From: Octopus vulgaris
Lineage: Eukaryota
Direction of reading: 5' to 3'
Length of the DNA stretch: 64,000 nucleotides
Assembly (NCBI GenBank): GCA_951406725.2
Contig: CATOCA020000001.1
Coordinates: 7,688,001-7,752,000 of the forward strand
The notes under the pieces were generated by a model, which saw only the letters and a list, made by a program, of their open reading frames with translations, was not told the origin of the DNA and did not search any database. Of the stretch, positions 14,541-34,470 are shown piece by piece. The number at the start of each line of letters is the position of its first letter. Position 1 is the first letter of the stretch. A program made the position numbers and the translations under genes.

Positions 14541-14902
14541 AATATATATATATATGTACATATATATATATTTATATATAAGCATCTACATACACATACA
14601 CTTTTAGACACTTACGTATAAGTCGTTTAGTATGTCTAAATGTTGAGTATATGCATCTACATATGTGTGTGTGTATATATGCATATACTCTTTTACTCTT
14701 TACTTGTTTCAGTCATTTGACTGCGGCCATGCTGGAGCAAAGCCTTTAGTCGTACAATTATATACATGTATACGACGAGCTTCTTTCAGTTTCCGTCTAC
14801 CATATCCACTCACAAGGTTTTGGTCGCGCCTAGTCTATAGTAGGAAACACTTGCCCAAGGTGCCACACAGCCACTCCTGCGCCTCTAATACATATATATA
14901 TT

Positions 14903-14940
<38 letters not shown>

Positions 14941-15116
14941 TACATTAATATACATACATTCTCATATATGCATTACATATATAACATTTTTAAAAATTCA
15001 AAGGAAAGGCTGACACAGCGATAAACGTGCATGGATGTGTAGAAGGTTTATGTACACGTATATGTAAGTATGTATATATGTATGTACGTGTTTATGCCTC
15101 CCTATATATATATATA

Positions 15117-15168
<52 letters not shown>

Positions 15169-15289
15169 TACATACATATATATATATATATATACGACAG
15201 GCTTCTTTCAGTTTCCGTCTACCAAATCCACTCACAAGGCATTGGTCAGCCCGGGGCTATAGCAGAAGACACTTGCCCAAGAGAGAGAG

Positions 15290-15426
15290 ACAGAGTGAGA
15301 GAGAGATAAAGTTAATCCAAACAAGAAAACAAAAGACAACAACGCGAGGATGTGGAACAGATAAAGTATTATTGGGCGCTCAGGAAAGAAGGGATATATA
15401 TATATATATATATACATTTTCACATA

Positions 15427-15484
<58 letters not shown>

Positions 15485-15800
15485 GCATACATATATATAT
15501 ATACATGCTTGCATACATACGTAATACATTTATACATACGTATGTACATACATACATATATAACGCGTACGTACATGCATATACACATAATACATATATA
15601 CCCATGTATGCAAACATACATTCGTACACATATACATACATACACACATACATACATACATTTTCACATAATACATATATATATATATATATATATACAC
15701 ATGCACATATATATATATATATATATACATGCTTGCATACATACGTAACACTTACATATACATACTTATACACATAATACATACATATACACACACATAC
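15290..15800 (-). repeat. Inverted duplicate of ~11770-12260
   Basis: 15300-15395 is the reverse complement of 12153-12250, and the match continues through the complex TATG microsatellite. Confidence 0.85.
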
Positions 15801-15804
15801 ATAT

Positions 15805-15853
<49 letters not shown>

Positions 15854-15939
15854 CGTATATATATATACATACATATATATATATACACATATATATACAT
15901 AAAATTATTAAAATTGTGAATAAGGGTATGTAAGAGATA

Positions 15940-16155
15940 GCATCATGCTAGACGTAGCAGTCAAAACTTCACTCTAAAACCACATTAAATGTCCCTACAG
16001 CACCAGGAGGGAAGACAAAAAGACAAAATAAACAAACAAAAAAGATAATAATAAACTCGTTTGCTAGTTTACTTTCTCTCTTTCTCCTCTCCCCTGGTGC
16101 TCTGTGAACATTTAATGTGGTTTTAGAGTCAGGATTTAGCTGCTATATCTAGCAG
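15940..16155. repeat. Imperfect foldback (MITE-like) carrying the TGCTAGAnATAGCAG motif
   Basis: gctagacgtagcagtcaaaacttcactctaaaaccacattaaatgt...gcaccagg versus cctggtgc...acatttaatgtggttttagagtc...gctgctatatctagc. A related single arm lies at 9265-9330. Confidence 0.65.
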
Positions 16156-16251
16156 CTAAATTATAATTTTGATAATTATTATCCATGAGGTTTTCATCCC
16201 CATGCAGGCCATTATCATTAGTTATATAAATTTACATATAGGAGTTGCCAT

Positions 16252-16650
16252 AGGCGCAGGAGTGGCTGTGTGGTAAGTAGCTTTCTATCCAGCTACATGG
16301 TTCCGGGTTCAGTCCCGCTGCGTGGCATCTTGGGCGAGTATCTTCTGCTATAGCCCTGGGACTACCAATGCCTCGTGAGTGGATTTGGTAGACGGAAACA
16401 GAGAGAAGCCTGTCGTATATATGTATAGATATATATGTGTGTGTGTGTGTATGTGTTTGTCTCCCTAGAATTGCTTGACAACCGATGCTGGTGTGTTTAC
16501 GTCCCCGTCACTTAGCGGTTCGACAAAAGAGACCGATAGAATAAGTAGTGGGCTTACAAAGAATTAGTCCCAGGGTCGATTTGCTCGACTAAATGCGGTG
16601 CTCCAGCATGGCTGCAGCCAAATGACTGAAACAAGTAGAAGAGTAAAAGA
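16252..16650 (+). mobile_element. Full-length SINE-A (paralogue 25341-25740)
   Basis: Runs from the ggcgcaggagtggctgtgtggtaag head to the ...atgactgaaacaagtagaagagtaaaagag tail. Confidence 0.85.
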
Positions 16651-16997
16651 GAATATATATATATATATATATATAACAATAAGGGTCTTTGCCACAAGTT
16701 GATTGACCACATACCGAAAAGAACCTTATTTTTATTGTCATAATTATATAATCTTTTACCGAATATGGTCCTTTTCCTTACCGAAGTGCTACTAGGTGAA
16801 ATTTGTTGATTTTATTAAATTAATTATATTTCACCCTTTTATCTGTAATGATTATTTATATATATACAAATATATATATATATATATACACAGGTACCTA
16901 TGTAGGCATAAATCCATATATATGCAGGCATATACATCTATATTTATATGAATATATATACAAATGCTGACAAGTGTGTGTGTGTACAGATTTGATA

Positions 16998-17041
<44 letters not shown>

Positions 17042-17207
17042 AGTCGTTTATCGGCATAGAATAACAATCGACCTTTTGTTTGGCAAAACAAATTTTGTCA
17101 AGTCAGGTTTAAAGTCAGCAGGTGATAAACACTATTCAACAATTACAAAATAAGTGACACACCCAACCATTATACACACACACACACCTAACCATTACAC
17201 ACACACA

Positions 17208-17240
<33 letters not shown>

Positions 17241-17554
17241 CTAACCATTTCACACACCTAACCATTACACACACACACATACACACTTAACCATTACACA
17301 CACACACATCCAGCTAATACCTTGTTACTAATGTTTAGAGCCCTGCCCAGGAGCTTCACATTCCGCGTTCGAATTCCACCAATGTTAATTTGACTTTTAT
17401 GCTTTTAGGGTCGATTTAATAAGGACCAGTTGAATATGGAGGTCGATATAAAGGAAAGAAAACATCGAAGTTGCTTCTATGTTTCTTATCAAATGTCCGT
17501 ACTGTAATTGTTTTCAGAACCTTCTTAACAAGCTGCAAACATTTATATATATAT

Positions 17555-18202
17555 ATTATATTAAATTAGAGATAAAATCACTATTAGGCAAATCTAACAG
17601 TGAAAAACATAAGCCAATGCATAAAATTGATTTAAAAATATAAAAGTTAAAATTAAAAAAATTATTTGAATAATTTAAACTTATAAATGTTAAATATATA
17701 TATACAAATACATATATATATATATGTGTGTGTGTGTGTGTATGTATGTATATTTTTATATTTATATATTATTTTATTCATTAATTTATTTATTTTTTTA
17801 TTATATAAGTATCAAAATTATTAAAAGTTGTAATACTTTTGATATTTATATGATAATAAAATAAATTAATAAATAAATAATTAAATAAATTAATTAATTA
17901 ATAAATTATCAAATAAAATAATATATAAATATAAAAGATACATACATACACACATTTATATATATATATATATATTTGTATATATATATTTAAAATTTAT
18001 AAGTATAAATTATGTAAATAATTTTTTTAAAGTTTAACTTTTATATTTTAAAATTAATTTTATGTTTTTCACTGTTTGATTTGTCTAATAGTGGTTTTAT
18101 CTCTAATTTAATATGATACAATATAATATATTTATACTATAAAATTGGATTTAATCCTGAATATAATTTTTCCCAGTAACTTTGGATTTATTCCCTAATA
18201 TT

Positions 18203-18205
<3 letters not shown>
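17555..18205. repeat. AT-rich ~560-bp imperfect foldback element (paralogue 26620-27285; related arm 49530-49665)
   Basis: attaaattagagataaaatcactattaggcaaatctaacagtgaaaaacata is inverted at 18061-18113, and the symmetry continues toward the centre. Confidence 0.7.
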
Positions 18206-18234
<29 letters not shown>

Positions 18235-18939
18235 GACGGGCTTCTTTCAGTTTCCGTTCACCAAATTCACTCACAAGAGTTTGATGGCCCAAGGCAACAG
18301 TAAACACACTTGCCTAAATAGCCTCACACGCTCTTTCTCTCCTTCTCTCCTTCTCTCACTCTCTCTCTCTCTCTCTCTCTCTCTCCCCCTGGTGTGTTTA
18401 TGTCCGCGTAACTTAGCTGTTCGGCAAAACAGATCGATAGGATAAGTACTCGGCTTACAAAGGATATGTCCCCGGATTGATTTGTTTGACTTATGAGACT
18501 TGAGAGACGTATGTGGGTGTATATAGAGTTGTTTACTGGGATAGAAGTATAATTTTTTTTTTATAAAAGCGACTTCAGTTGTTAATGTTAAGTCAAGTGT
18601 AACAACGCTCTTCGCTTATTGTGGCATAAGTCACACAAACACCTTTTCTTCGATTCGCACACACACAGGCACACCTGTTTCATACTAACAATTACTACTA
18701 GAGACACACTCAATGACTTGTTAGTAATATTTATAACTATTCCTTGGTAATTTACATTCTGGGTTCGAATCCCGTCACCTTTTTTCATTTGAGGGTCGAT
18801 ACAATTCCCTCAAGATTAACTTTGGCGTCGATATAATTAATTAGCAAAAGTTAAAACCTTATAATTGTAGTAAGCAGAATTATTTGTAGCTCGAGGTGCA
18901 CCTTGTAGATGATTATTCTATTTATATAGAATATATTGC

Positions 18940-19021
18940 TATTTTTTTGGCTATAACTCTCTAAAAATGCTTTATAGTTATTTCCCTTACAAACCCAAGC
19001 AACGCCGGGCGATACTGCTAG
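18940..19021 (+). mobile_element. Helitron-type 3' terminus
   Basis: GC-rich imperfect hairpin cccaagcaacgccggg, a short spacer, then CTAG followed by T. Absent from duplication copy 2, which diverges at ~27981. Confidence 0.6.
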
Positions 19022-19144
19022 TTAGGTATAATTTTGTTCCCTTAAATTTCCTCACATATATTTATTTCAACCTTTCTATTCTTATAAAAATGGTGGACAT
19101 TTTTATAGTTTATATAATGGCTTGAGAAAAACATAAATGGGAAT

Positions 19145-19164
19145 AGAAGAGCATGTGTATGTGC

Positions 19165-19206
<42 letters not shown>

Positions 19207-19214
19207 CATTTGTA

Positions 19215-19269
<55 letters not shown>

Positions 19270-19277
19270 CATTTGTA

Positions 19278-19310
<33 letters not shown>
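19145..19310. repeat. Three-unit minisatellite built from agagcatttgtatgtgc-(AT)n-(AG)n
   Basis: The unit recurs at ~19147, ~19202 and ~19266. Confidence 0.8.
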
Positions 19311-19325
<15 letters not shown>

Positions 19326-19931
19326 TAAAAACGGTAAGATAACAAAAGAAAGAGACCTCAATATTATGTAAATAGAGGAAATTCTCTATAAAATATGTTA
19401 CAATTACTCAATAGAATATTCTATGTAATATGCTTCCATATTAAATTTTTCTGTGTGTAAGAGTCCTCAACCGATGTTAGGCGATAAACCAAATATGCCG
19501 TATTAGCTCTTAGTGAATATATATATAAATGCACAAATAATTTACATTATGAAAACATGCTATAAGTTAATAATTACTGACTAATTAGAGTAGAAATACG
19601 TACATGACTTTAAAAAAATATTTGGGTTTATATGATTGATTAAACACCCAAGTCTAAGCTCCAGCGTGGCCACAACCCAATGCTTTAAATAATAAAACGC
19701 ATGACCCACATATCATATGTATAACTTGAAATCTCTCCACCACCAACACCGTTTAGTCTCTTAATCTCTCCCTCTCCCTCTCTCCCTCTCTTTCTCTCTC
19801 TATAAACGACAAACCAACTTTTCAATTATTATTCACCTCTTTCTCCTTTACAAATCTACACTTTTATATAATCATTTTATTTCCTCATCTATTCTACTGG
19901 TAATTCCAGAGAAATCAAACATAATTCCCTA

Positions 19932-21445
19932 TTCTACTCTCGGTACAAGACCCGAAATTTTGGAGGAGGAGGCCAGTCGATTAGGTCGACCCCAGTACGT
20001 AACTGGTACTCAATTTATCGACAGCGAATGGATGAAAGGCAAAATTGACCTCGGCGGAATTTGACTTCAGAACATAAAGACAGACGAAATACCGCTTAGC
20101 ATTTCGTAAATTTTTTTTTCTTTCCCACAAGGGGACAACACAGAGGGGACAGTACAATCTGATATGGGGTCAGATTTAACGTATGAATCGACACAAAGAT
20201 GGATTTTTAAATTTTACATAAATATGAAGAGTTCGGATGATAAAATATACAACATTACAGAATAGAGTGGGGGGGACGGGATGTGCTTGGACCCCACGGG
20301 CGCTGCCTCCCCACTGATGCTTTGGGTTCATCCTGCATTGTATTCATGCAGTTCCATCCGTACGCAGCTTTCGGGCGACATTCTTCCATCGATCTTGAAA
20401 CATTTTCGCGGACAGGCATTTTCTCTCAAACCCTATTTTCCTTCTTAGGTGGAAGGTGGAGAAATTAAACAACCCAGGGGCAGAGATAGAATGCCTATTA
20501 TTAACCCTATTTTTAATTCACACAGCAGTTTAGAGACTCCGCCGTTCGTGCATAATAAACTTTATAATCATTCTAAACAATAAGGCGGCGAGTTGGCTGA
20601 AACGTTAGCACGCCGAGCGAAATGCGCAGCCGTATTTCGTTTGCCGTTACGTTCTGAGTTCAAATTCCGCCGAGGTCGACTTTGTCTTTCATAATTTGGG
20701 CTCGATTAAATAAGTACCAGTTACGCACTAGGGTCGATATAATCGATTACCCCCTTCCCCACATATTTTCAAGTCCTTGTGCCAAGAGAAGAAATAATAA
20801 TTCTAGACAACATGAAATAATCCTCAGAAGACATCCATCTGATAGATAATATTTAAGATTGCGAGAAAACATATTTAATGCATTCCACATCAAAATGTTA
20901 ACATAGGATAAAGAAGTGGAGAGAGAAATGTATGCAGTCACCCACTTTTTGAATGTTTAAACAATTCATACTCTTTCCTACGAGATATAAATATTATTTC
21001 AAATACGAGAACAATTATATTTAGATGCAAAATTCAAGAAATATTCTTTTCTACTCAATACACAAGGACCCAGATTTGGGGCGAAGTGGCCAGTAGATAA
21101 GTGTAATACCAGTACGCGACCAGTACGAAAGGATGAAAGGCAAAGTCGACCTCGGCGGAATTTGAACTCAGAAAATAAAAACAGACGAATCATCGCTAAG
21201 CGTTTCGCCCGGCGTGCTAACGTTTCTGCCAAGCTAGCTGCCTTTTCTTTTCTACGATAGGCACAAGGCGAGGGGACAAGTTAATTGGATCGACACCAGT
21301 ATGCAACTGGTATTTAATACATCGACCCCAAAAGGATAAAGTGTAAAGTCAACCTCGGTGGAATTTGAACTCAGAACGTAAAGACGGACGAAATGCGTTG
21401 CAGCATTTCGTCCGGCGTGCTAACGTTTCTGCCAGCTCACGCCTT
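19932..21445. mobile_element. Cluster of SINE-B copies (-19932-20110, +20582-20790, -21048-21245, -21250-21445)
   Basis: Shared head ggcggcgag.tggc.gaaacgttagcacgccg and core gttcaaattccgccgaggtcgactttg.ctttcat...aagtaccag. Confidence 0.8.
20200..20545 (-). mobile_element. Probable 3' end of an L1/Tx1-like LINE
   Basis: Minus frame HSISAPGLFNFSTFHLRRKIGFERKCLSAKMFQDRWKNVARKLRTDGTA* resembles the Tx1-type ORF2 C-terminus (…ER…F..RW). Assignment is from memory of the motif. Confidence 0.45.
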
Positions 21446-21574
21446 AAATTAAATAAAAATTATTTTCTACTCTAGGCATAAGTGGAGGGAGCCTGATGCT
21501 CGAGAAAAATTTAAAACTCTTGTACGTACGTACGTACGTACGTACGTACATACATACATACATACATACATACA

Positions 21575-21610
<36 letters not shown>

Positions 21611-21758
21611 TATATAAAGTTAATCCAAACAAGAAAGCACAAAAAACACAACAACGAAAGGACGTGGAACAAATAGAGTATTATTGGACGCTCAGGAAAG
21701 AAGGAAAGATCCAGAGAAGGGAAGACAGAGGGAAAAAAATCGTATATATATATATATA

Positions 21759-27981
<6,223 letters not shown>

Positions 27982-27997
27982 AAGGACGTAGGGTGTA

Positions 27998-28240
27998 GGC
28001 GCGTGGCTTAGTGGTTAGGGTGTCAGCATCATGATCGTATGATTGTGGTTTCGATTATTGGACGGGGCGACGCGTTGGGTTCTTGAGCAAAACACTTCAT
28101 TTGACGTTGCTCCAGTCCACTCAGCTGGCAAAAATGAGTAACGCTGCGATGGACTGGCGACCCCTCCAGCTGGGGAACACATACGCCATTGAAACCGGGA
28201 AACCGGGCGCATGAGCCTGTCTAGGCTTTAAAAGCGCGAA
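27998..28240 (+). mobile_element. tRNA-derived SINE-C
   Basis: tggcttagtggttag A-box, ggtttcgatt B-box-like motif, cttgagcaaaacactt core and tail ctgcgatggactggcg...gaaaccgggaaaccggg. Confidence 0.75.
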
Positions 28241-28251
28241 TTTATTTTGTA

Positions 28252-28555
28252 GAGGCGCAATGACTCTGTGGTTAGGGGAGGGGACTCGCGGTCGGAGGAT
28301 GGCGGCTTCGATCCCCAGACCGCGTGTTGTGTGTGTTTATTGAGCGAAAACACCTAATGCTCCACGAGGCTCAGGTAGGGGGTGGTGGCGACCCCCTGTT
28401 CTACTCTTTCGCCCTAACTTTCTCTCATACTTTCTTCCTGTTTCTTTGGTAACGCTGTGATGGACTGGCGTCCCGTCCACCTGGAGAACACATACGCCAC
28501 ATAAACCGGGAAACCGGGCCCATGAGCACTGACTAGGCTTGAAAAGGGCGCATAA
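28252..28555 (+). mobile_element. tRNA-derived SINE-D sharing the SINE-C tail (other heads at 50300-50370 and 58002-58160)
   Basis: ggcgcaatg...gtggttaggg head, gtttattgagcgaaaacaccta body and the same 3' tail as 28140-28235. Confidence 0.7.
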
Positions 28556-28988
28556 ACAGATACGGACAGAGAATGGAACAGAGAGAACGAGTGTGAGTGA
28601 AGGAGAGGGAGAGTGTGAGTGTGGGCAAAACAATCTCATAAACCCCACTCCCAAGGAAGAGAAACTATGAGTTACTTCTACACGTCCTCTTGGAGATTAT
28701 GGGAAGTTAATTTCACATGTGCCCCCGTCCAACTCCCGCATCTGGAGCCCACTTCTCTCTTGACTTCCATACCTCTGTATCTATTCTTGGCCTTTACTTT
28801 GCACGGGTTGCACCCTATAGTATTTCTGTTTTACTTCCATCAAATCAGTTTCCACCATGGTAACAAGCTCCTATCTTCTTCCTTACTAATTCTTCAGATC
28901 CTTTCAACCAAAACAGCTTCGTCATCAACATTTATTCTTGTTAGATAGTAACATTATCTTTAATGATATTTATATGTCTTGTATATAT

Positions 28989-29400
28989 AGGCATCGGAGT
29001 GGCTGTGTGGTAGGTAGCTTGTTTACCAACCACATGGTTCCGGGTTCAGTCCCACTGCGTGGCACCTTGGGCAAGTGTCTTCTACTATAGCCTCGGGCCG
29101 ACCAAAGCCTTGTGAGTGGATTTGGTAGATGGAAACTGAAAGAAGCCCGTCGTATATATGTATATATATATGCGTGTGTGTGTTTGTGTCTGTGTTTGTC
29201 CTCCTAGCATTGCTTGACAACCGATGCTGGTGTGTTTATGTCCCCGTTACTTAGCGGTTCGGCGAAAGAGACCGATAGAATAAGTACTGGGCTTACAAAA
29301 GAATAAGTCCCGGGGTCGAGTTGCTCGATTAAAGGCGGTGCTCCAGCATGGCCGCAGTCAAATGACTGAAACAAGTAAAAGAAACGAATAAAAGAAAAGA
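28989..29400 (+). mobile_element. Full-length SINE-A
   Basis: Complete head, core and tail, as at 16252. Confidence 0.85.
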
Positions 29401-29515
29401 AACGAATATATAGATATATGTGTGTGCGTGTACATATATACTACTATGGCACTCCGTCGGTTGAGACGAAGAGGTTTCCAGTTGATCCAGTCACCGGAAG
29501 ACTACTCGTGAAATT

Positions 29516-30096
29516 CTTTTCTACTCTAGGCACAAGGTCCGAAATTTTAGGGGAGTGGGCCATCGATTAGATCTACACCAGTACGAAACTTGTACTTGAT
29601 TTATGCAGCCCGAAACGATGAAAGGAAAAGTCGACCTCGACGGAATTTGAACTCAGAAAGTAAAGACAGACGAAATACCTATTTCTTTACTACCAACAGG
29701 GGGCTAAACACAGAGGGGACAAACAAGGACAGACATAGGTATTAAGTCGATGATATCGACACCAGTGCGTAACAGGCCCTTATTTAATCGACCCCAAAAC
29801 GATGAAAGGCAAAGTCGACCTCGGCGGAATTTGAACTCAGAAAGTAAAGACAGACGAAATACCTATTTCTTTACTACCCAAAAGGCGCTAAACACAGAGG
29901 GGACAAACAAGGACAGACAAACGGATTAAGTCGATTATATCGACCCCAGTGTGTAACTGGTACTTAATTTATCGACCCTGAATGGATGAAAGGTATAGTC
30001 GACCTCGGCGGAATTTGAACTCAGAACGTAGGGGCAGACGAAATACTGCTAAGCATTTCGCCAGGCGGGCTAACGTTTCTGCCAGCACGCCGCCTT
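29516..30096 (-). mobile_element. SINE-B with three tandem central units, inserted into another SINE with a 17-bp target-site duplication
   Basis: aaagtcgacctcggcggaatttgaactcag recurs at ~29628, ~29811 and ~29996. Flanks agactactcgtgaaatt (29499-29515) and agactcttcgtgaaatt (30097-30113). The host element continues at 29447-29515 and 30097-30345. Confidence 0.8.
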
Positions 30097-30879
30097 AGAC
30101 TCTTCGTGAAATTAACGTGCAAGTAGCTGAGTACTCCACAGACACATGTACCCTTAACGTAGTTCTCGGTGAGATTCAGCGTGACACATAGTGTGACACG
30201 GCAGCCCCCTTTGAAATAAAGGTACAACAGAAACAGGAAGACAGCGTGAGAGAAAGTTGTGGTGAAATAATACAGCAGGGTTCGCCACCAGCCCATGCTG
30301 GAGCCTCGAAGAGCTTTAGGTGTTTTAGTTTAATGAACTCTTGCGACGAGTTGGACTTCATTTTACATTCCTTGGCTAGAATGACTCACTCTGCGATGGA
30401 CTGCTGTCCCGTCCATATGCGAAATATATAAGCCAAGGTAGACTGTTCCCATGCGTCTAGGCGCCAATGGAAGTAACTTTATTTACTATTTATATATGTA
30501 TATATATATGTATGTATATGTGCGTATATATGTATGTATTTGCTTGCTTTTTAAGTCTAGTAGTTATTCTATCGGGAGCTTTTGCCGAACCGCAAAGTTA
30601 CGGGGACCTAAACACAACAGCATTGGTTGTGAAGCGATAGTGCGTTGTTAAACGCTAGCACAAACACATATATATACATCCGATGGGCTTCTTTCGGTCA
30701 GCCCGTGGCTATAGAATAAGACACTCGCCAAAGGTGCCACGCAGTGAGATTGAACTCAGAACAATATGGTAGGTAAGCAAGCTTCTCACCACACAGCCAC
30801 GTGTCACTTTTCAGCTTTCTATATATGAATGTATATATTTGTATATATAAATATATTATGAGCACAAGTACATCGGGAA

Positions 30880-30971
<92 letters not shown>

Positions 30972-31230
30972 TGTGATAGATAGATATATATATACATACA
31001 TACATGCGCATATATATACACATACACAAACACAAAAAATCGAAACAGTCGCCCACACGCATGCACGGGCACACACACACATAGCCTCAATTACTGCTAT
31101 GTCTTGATAACCACATATCCTGTTGGTATTATTTATAGCTATTTGCTGGGAGCCTACATTCTGGGTTCGAATTCTATTAATGCCAACACTACTTTATCAT
31201 TTCAGGGTTGACGAAATAACAAGGATGAAA

Positions 31231-31409
<179 letters not shown>

Positions 31410-31412
31410 TAT

Positions 31413-31459
<47 letters not shown>

Positions 31460-31910
31460 TACTTGCATGTATATAAATATATATATATACATACACATAT
31501 ACATACATATATATATATGCACACACACATATATATATATATAAGTAAATATATAGATATATATATACACACATATATACATGTATATATATACACACAC
31601 ACATATATATATACATATATATATATAAATAAATATATATATATATATATTGTTAAAATCATCATAGCATATTTCTAAGGAGTTGTTTTGCTGCTATTTC
31701 TAGCATTTAAATTGTCTTCCACAATGTCCTTCTTTGCTGGGAGCGAGTCAGACAGAGAGTGAGAAAGAGTCAAAAAGTGAGTGAGAATGAACATTGAACA
31801 GCTTTATAGAGAGGGGGATTAGATAAACTAGATTGTCTACCTGTTTTGACTTAAGATTGACTTAAGGTTGTTTTAGAGTCAGATAATGGCTGCTATTTTC
31901 AGCATGGTGG

Positions 31911-31942
<32 letters not shown>

Positions 31943-31953
31943 TTAGTATATAA

Positions 31954-31999
<46 letters not shown>

Positions 32000-32637
32000 T
32001 TAAAAAAATGTTTTTGCCCGAAGGCCGCGGCCATGCTGGGGCACCACCGCTGAATGAGCTACACTAGTTTGTGAATCCACCTCTGATACGTGGCACTTGA
32101 TCAACAAGGGAGTTCGATGCTGCTGCCCGCATCCGCGTCTCCTGTCGTGAGGTAGGTTCATCTGGGACTCCCAACAAGAAGAGATCCAGTTTAGTTTTAA
32201 AGAAACCCACATCCACACCATGTAAGTCTCTCAGGCATTTAGGGAGGATGTTAAAGAGCTGTGGTCCTCTGAAACCCAAGCTGTTGCAGTATCTGGACCT
32301 GTATTTTGATGGTGATGTTGGAATCCTTGGCACCACGCAGCGGCGCCCCGTTCTGCGGTTGGAGTAACTTTGAATGCCAAATTTTGGGACAAGACCCTCC
32401 AGGATTTTCCAGATGTATATCACTGCATATCTCTCCCGCCTCCGCTCTAGGGAGAAGAGGTTTAATACCTTCAGTCTTTCCCAGTAGCTGATATTTTGCA
32501 TTGAGACGATTTTCTTTGTGTAGCTTCTCTGAATTGCTTCGAGTTCTGCTGTTTGTTTTATATTGTGTGGTGACCAAAGTTGGGAGCAGTAGTCCAAGCG
32601 GCTGAGGACGAATGTTTTCCATAGGACCATCAGTGGT

Positions 32638-32640
<3 letters not shown>
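32000..32640 (-). mobile_element. 5'-truncated CR1/L2-group LINE (RT C-terminus plus 3' UTR) embedded in (TA)n
   Basis: Uninterrupted frame [19 protein letters not shown]...[12 protein letters not shown]...[20 protein letters not shown]...[10 protein letters not shown]...FKTKLD, stop at 32064-32066, then a short UTR. Confidence 0.9.
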
Positions 32641-32717
<77 letters not shown>

Positions 32718-32747
32718 TATATGTATATACATATATATATATATATG

Positions 32748-32831
<84 letters not shown>

Positions 32832-32859
32832 CATACATATATATATATATAATGGAAAT

Positions 32860-33221
32860 TTATTAAATAATTGTGAAATAGTCATAAAGATATTTACAAA
32901 AATTTATTAAGTAAGCACTTGTTGATAGTGTCTGTCGAAATATTAGCAACGTAGATGAGATCAGATCAAAGATCAATACCGGAGGTTTTATTGTACAAAT
33001 TCTGTGTCATTGATTCTTTTACTAGTTTTCATAAATCTACCTTTCTTTAGAGAATCAATTTATTTTTCATATAAAGAGCCCCCACCCTAGCTGGGGTATG
33101 ATCCACAGATTTGTAGCTCAAGATGTAAGCAGAGGAATGTAGCTAACCTAGAGACACAACACGATGACTGTTGTTAGGTTTATTAGTGTCAAGAAGAACA
33201 TTCAGCTATAAATAATACTTT
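32860..33221 (-). repeat. Inverted, diverged copy of 1520-1875 (also at 38990-39352)
   Basis: ggaggttttattgtacaaattctg...ccaccctagctggggtatgatccacagattt is the reverse complement of 1620-1756. Confidence 0.85.
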
Positions 33222-33432
33222 TACAATGTGTTTATATATTTTGGTAGTTCTGACTTTATGAATTCCTCCTAGCGTGTGGCATTTATGTATAGTAATGCCC
33301 TCTATATAATATAAAAAAATACATTTAAATGAAAAAAATGGTGGATTTTTCTCTTATGACGCTTTTCACGCTAACTACTTGATAAATCCTTATAAAGATT
33401 TTATACTATCTCTAAATTGTATATATATATAT

Positions 33433-33489
<57 letters not shown>

Positions 33490-33659
33490 GGAGTAAACAC
33501 ATAAATGTGAAACAAGGTGGAAAAAAAGAGTACTCAAATACCAGTGGTAGAGTAATATGCTTTATAAAGTATATATATATATATATATAGATAGATAGAT
33601 AGATAGATAGCTAGATGTATAGATATATGTGTACATATATATATATGTATATATATATA

Positions 33660-34061
33660 CTCTTTACTCTTTTACTCTTTTACTTGTTTCAGTCATTTGA
33701 CTGCGGCCATGCTGGAGCAACGCCTTTAGTCGAGCAAATCGACCCCGGGACTTAATCTTTGTAAGCCCAATACTTATTCTATCGGTCTGTTTTTCCAAAC
33801 CGCTAAGTGACGGGGACGTAAACACACCAGAATCGGTTGTAAAGCAATGCTAGGGGGACAAACACAGACACACAAACATATACACACACACTTATACATA
33901 TATACATATATACGACAGGCTTCTTTCAGTTTCCGTCTACGAAATCCACTCACAAGGCATTGGTCGGCCCGAGGCTATAGCAGAAGACACTTGCCCAAGA
34001 TGCCACGCAGTGTGACTGAACCCGGAACCATGTAGTTTGTTAGCAAGCTACTTACCACACA

Positions 34062-34065
<4 letters not shown>
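33660..34065 (-). mobile_element. SINE-A (paralogue 39754-40158)
   Basis: Reverse complement of the SINE-A consensus. Confidence 0.85.
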
Positions 34066-34131
<66 letters not shown>

Positions 34132-34164
34132 GTATATATATATATAGTATATATATATATATAT

Positions 34165-34289
<125 letters not shown>

Positions 34290-34420
34290 AACAATTGAGG
34301 GTAAAATTATCTGAGAGAAATTTTCTTTAAGTAGTGGAAATGGCAAAAAAACTTTTTTTGGGCTGCTATTTCTAGCAAGTTCAGTATGTGGCAAAGTAAT
34401 TTATTTTACTAAGCCCTAAT

Positions 34421-34470
<50 letters not shown>

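Noticed and set aside
28660-28948. 109-aa ORF or possible old LINE fragment
   Set aside because: No motif could be identified with confidence on either strand.
32064-32885. 273-aa ORF (and 275-aa duplicate) as a host gene
   Set aside because: The N-terminal part is microsatellite and the remainder is a truncated LINE RT C-terminus.
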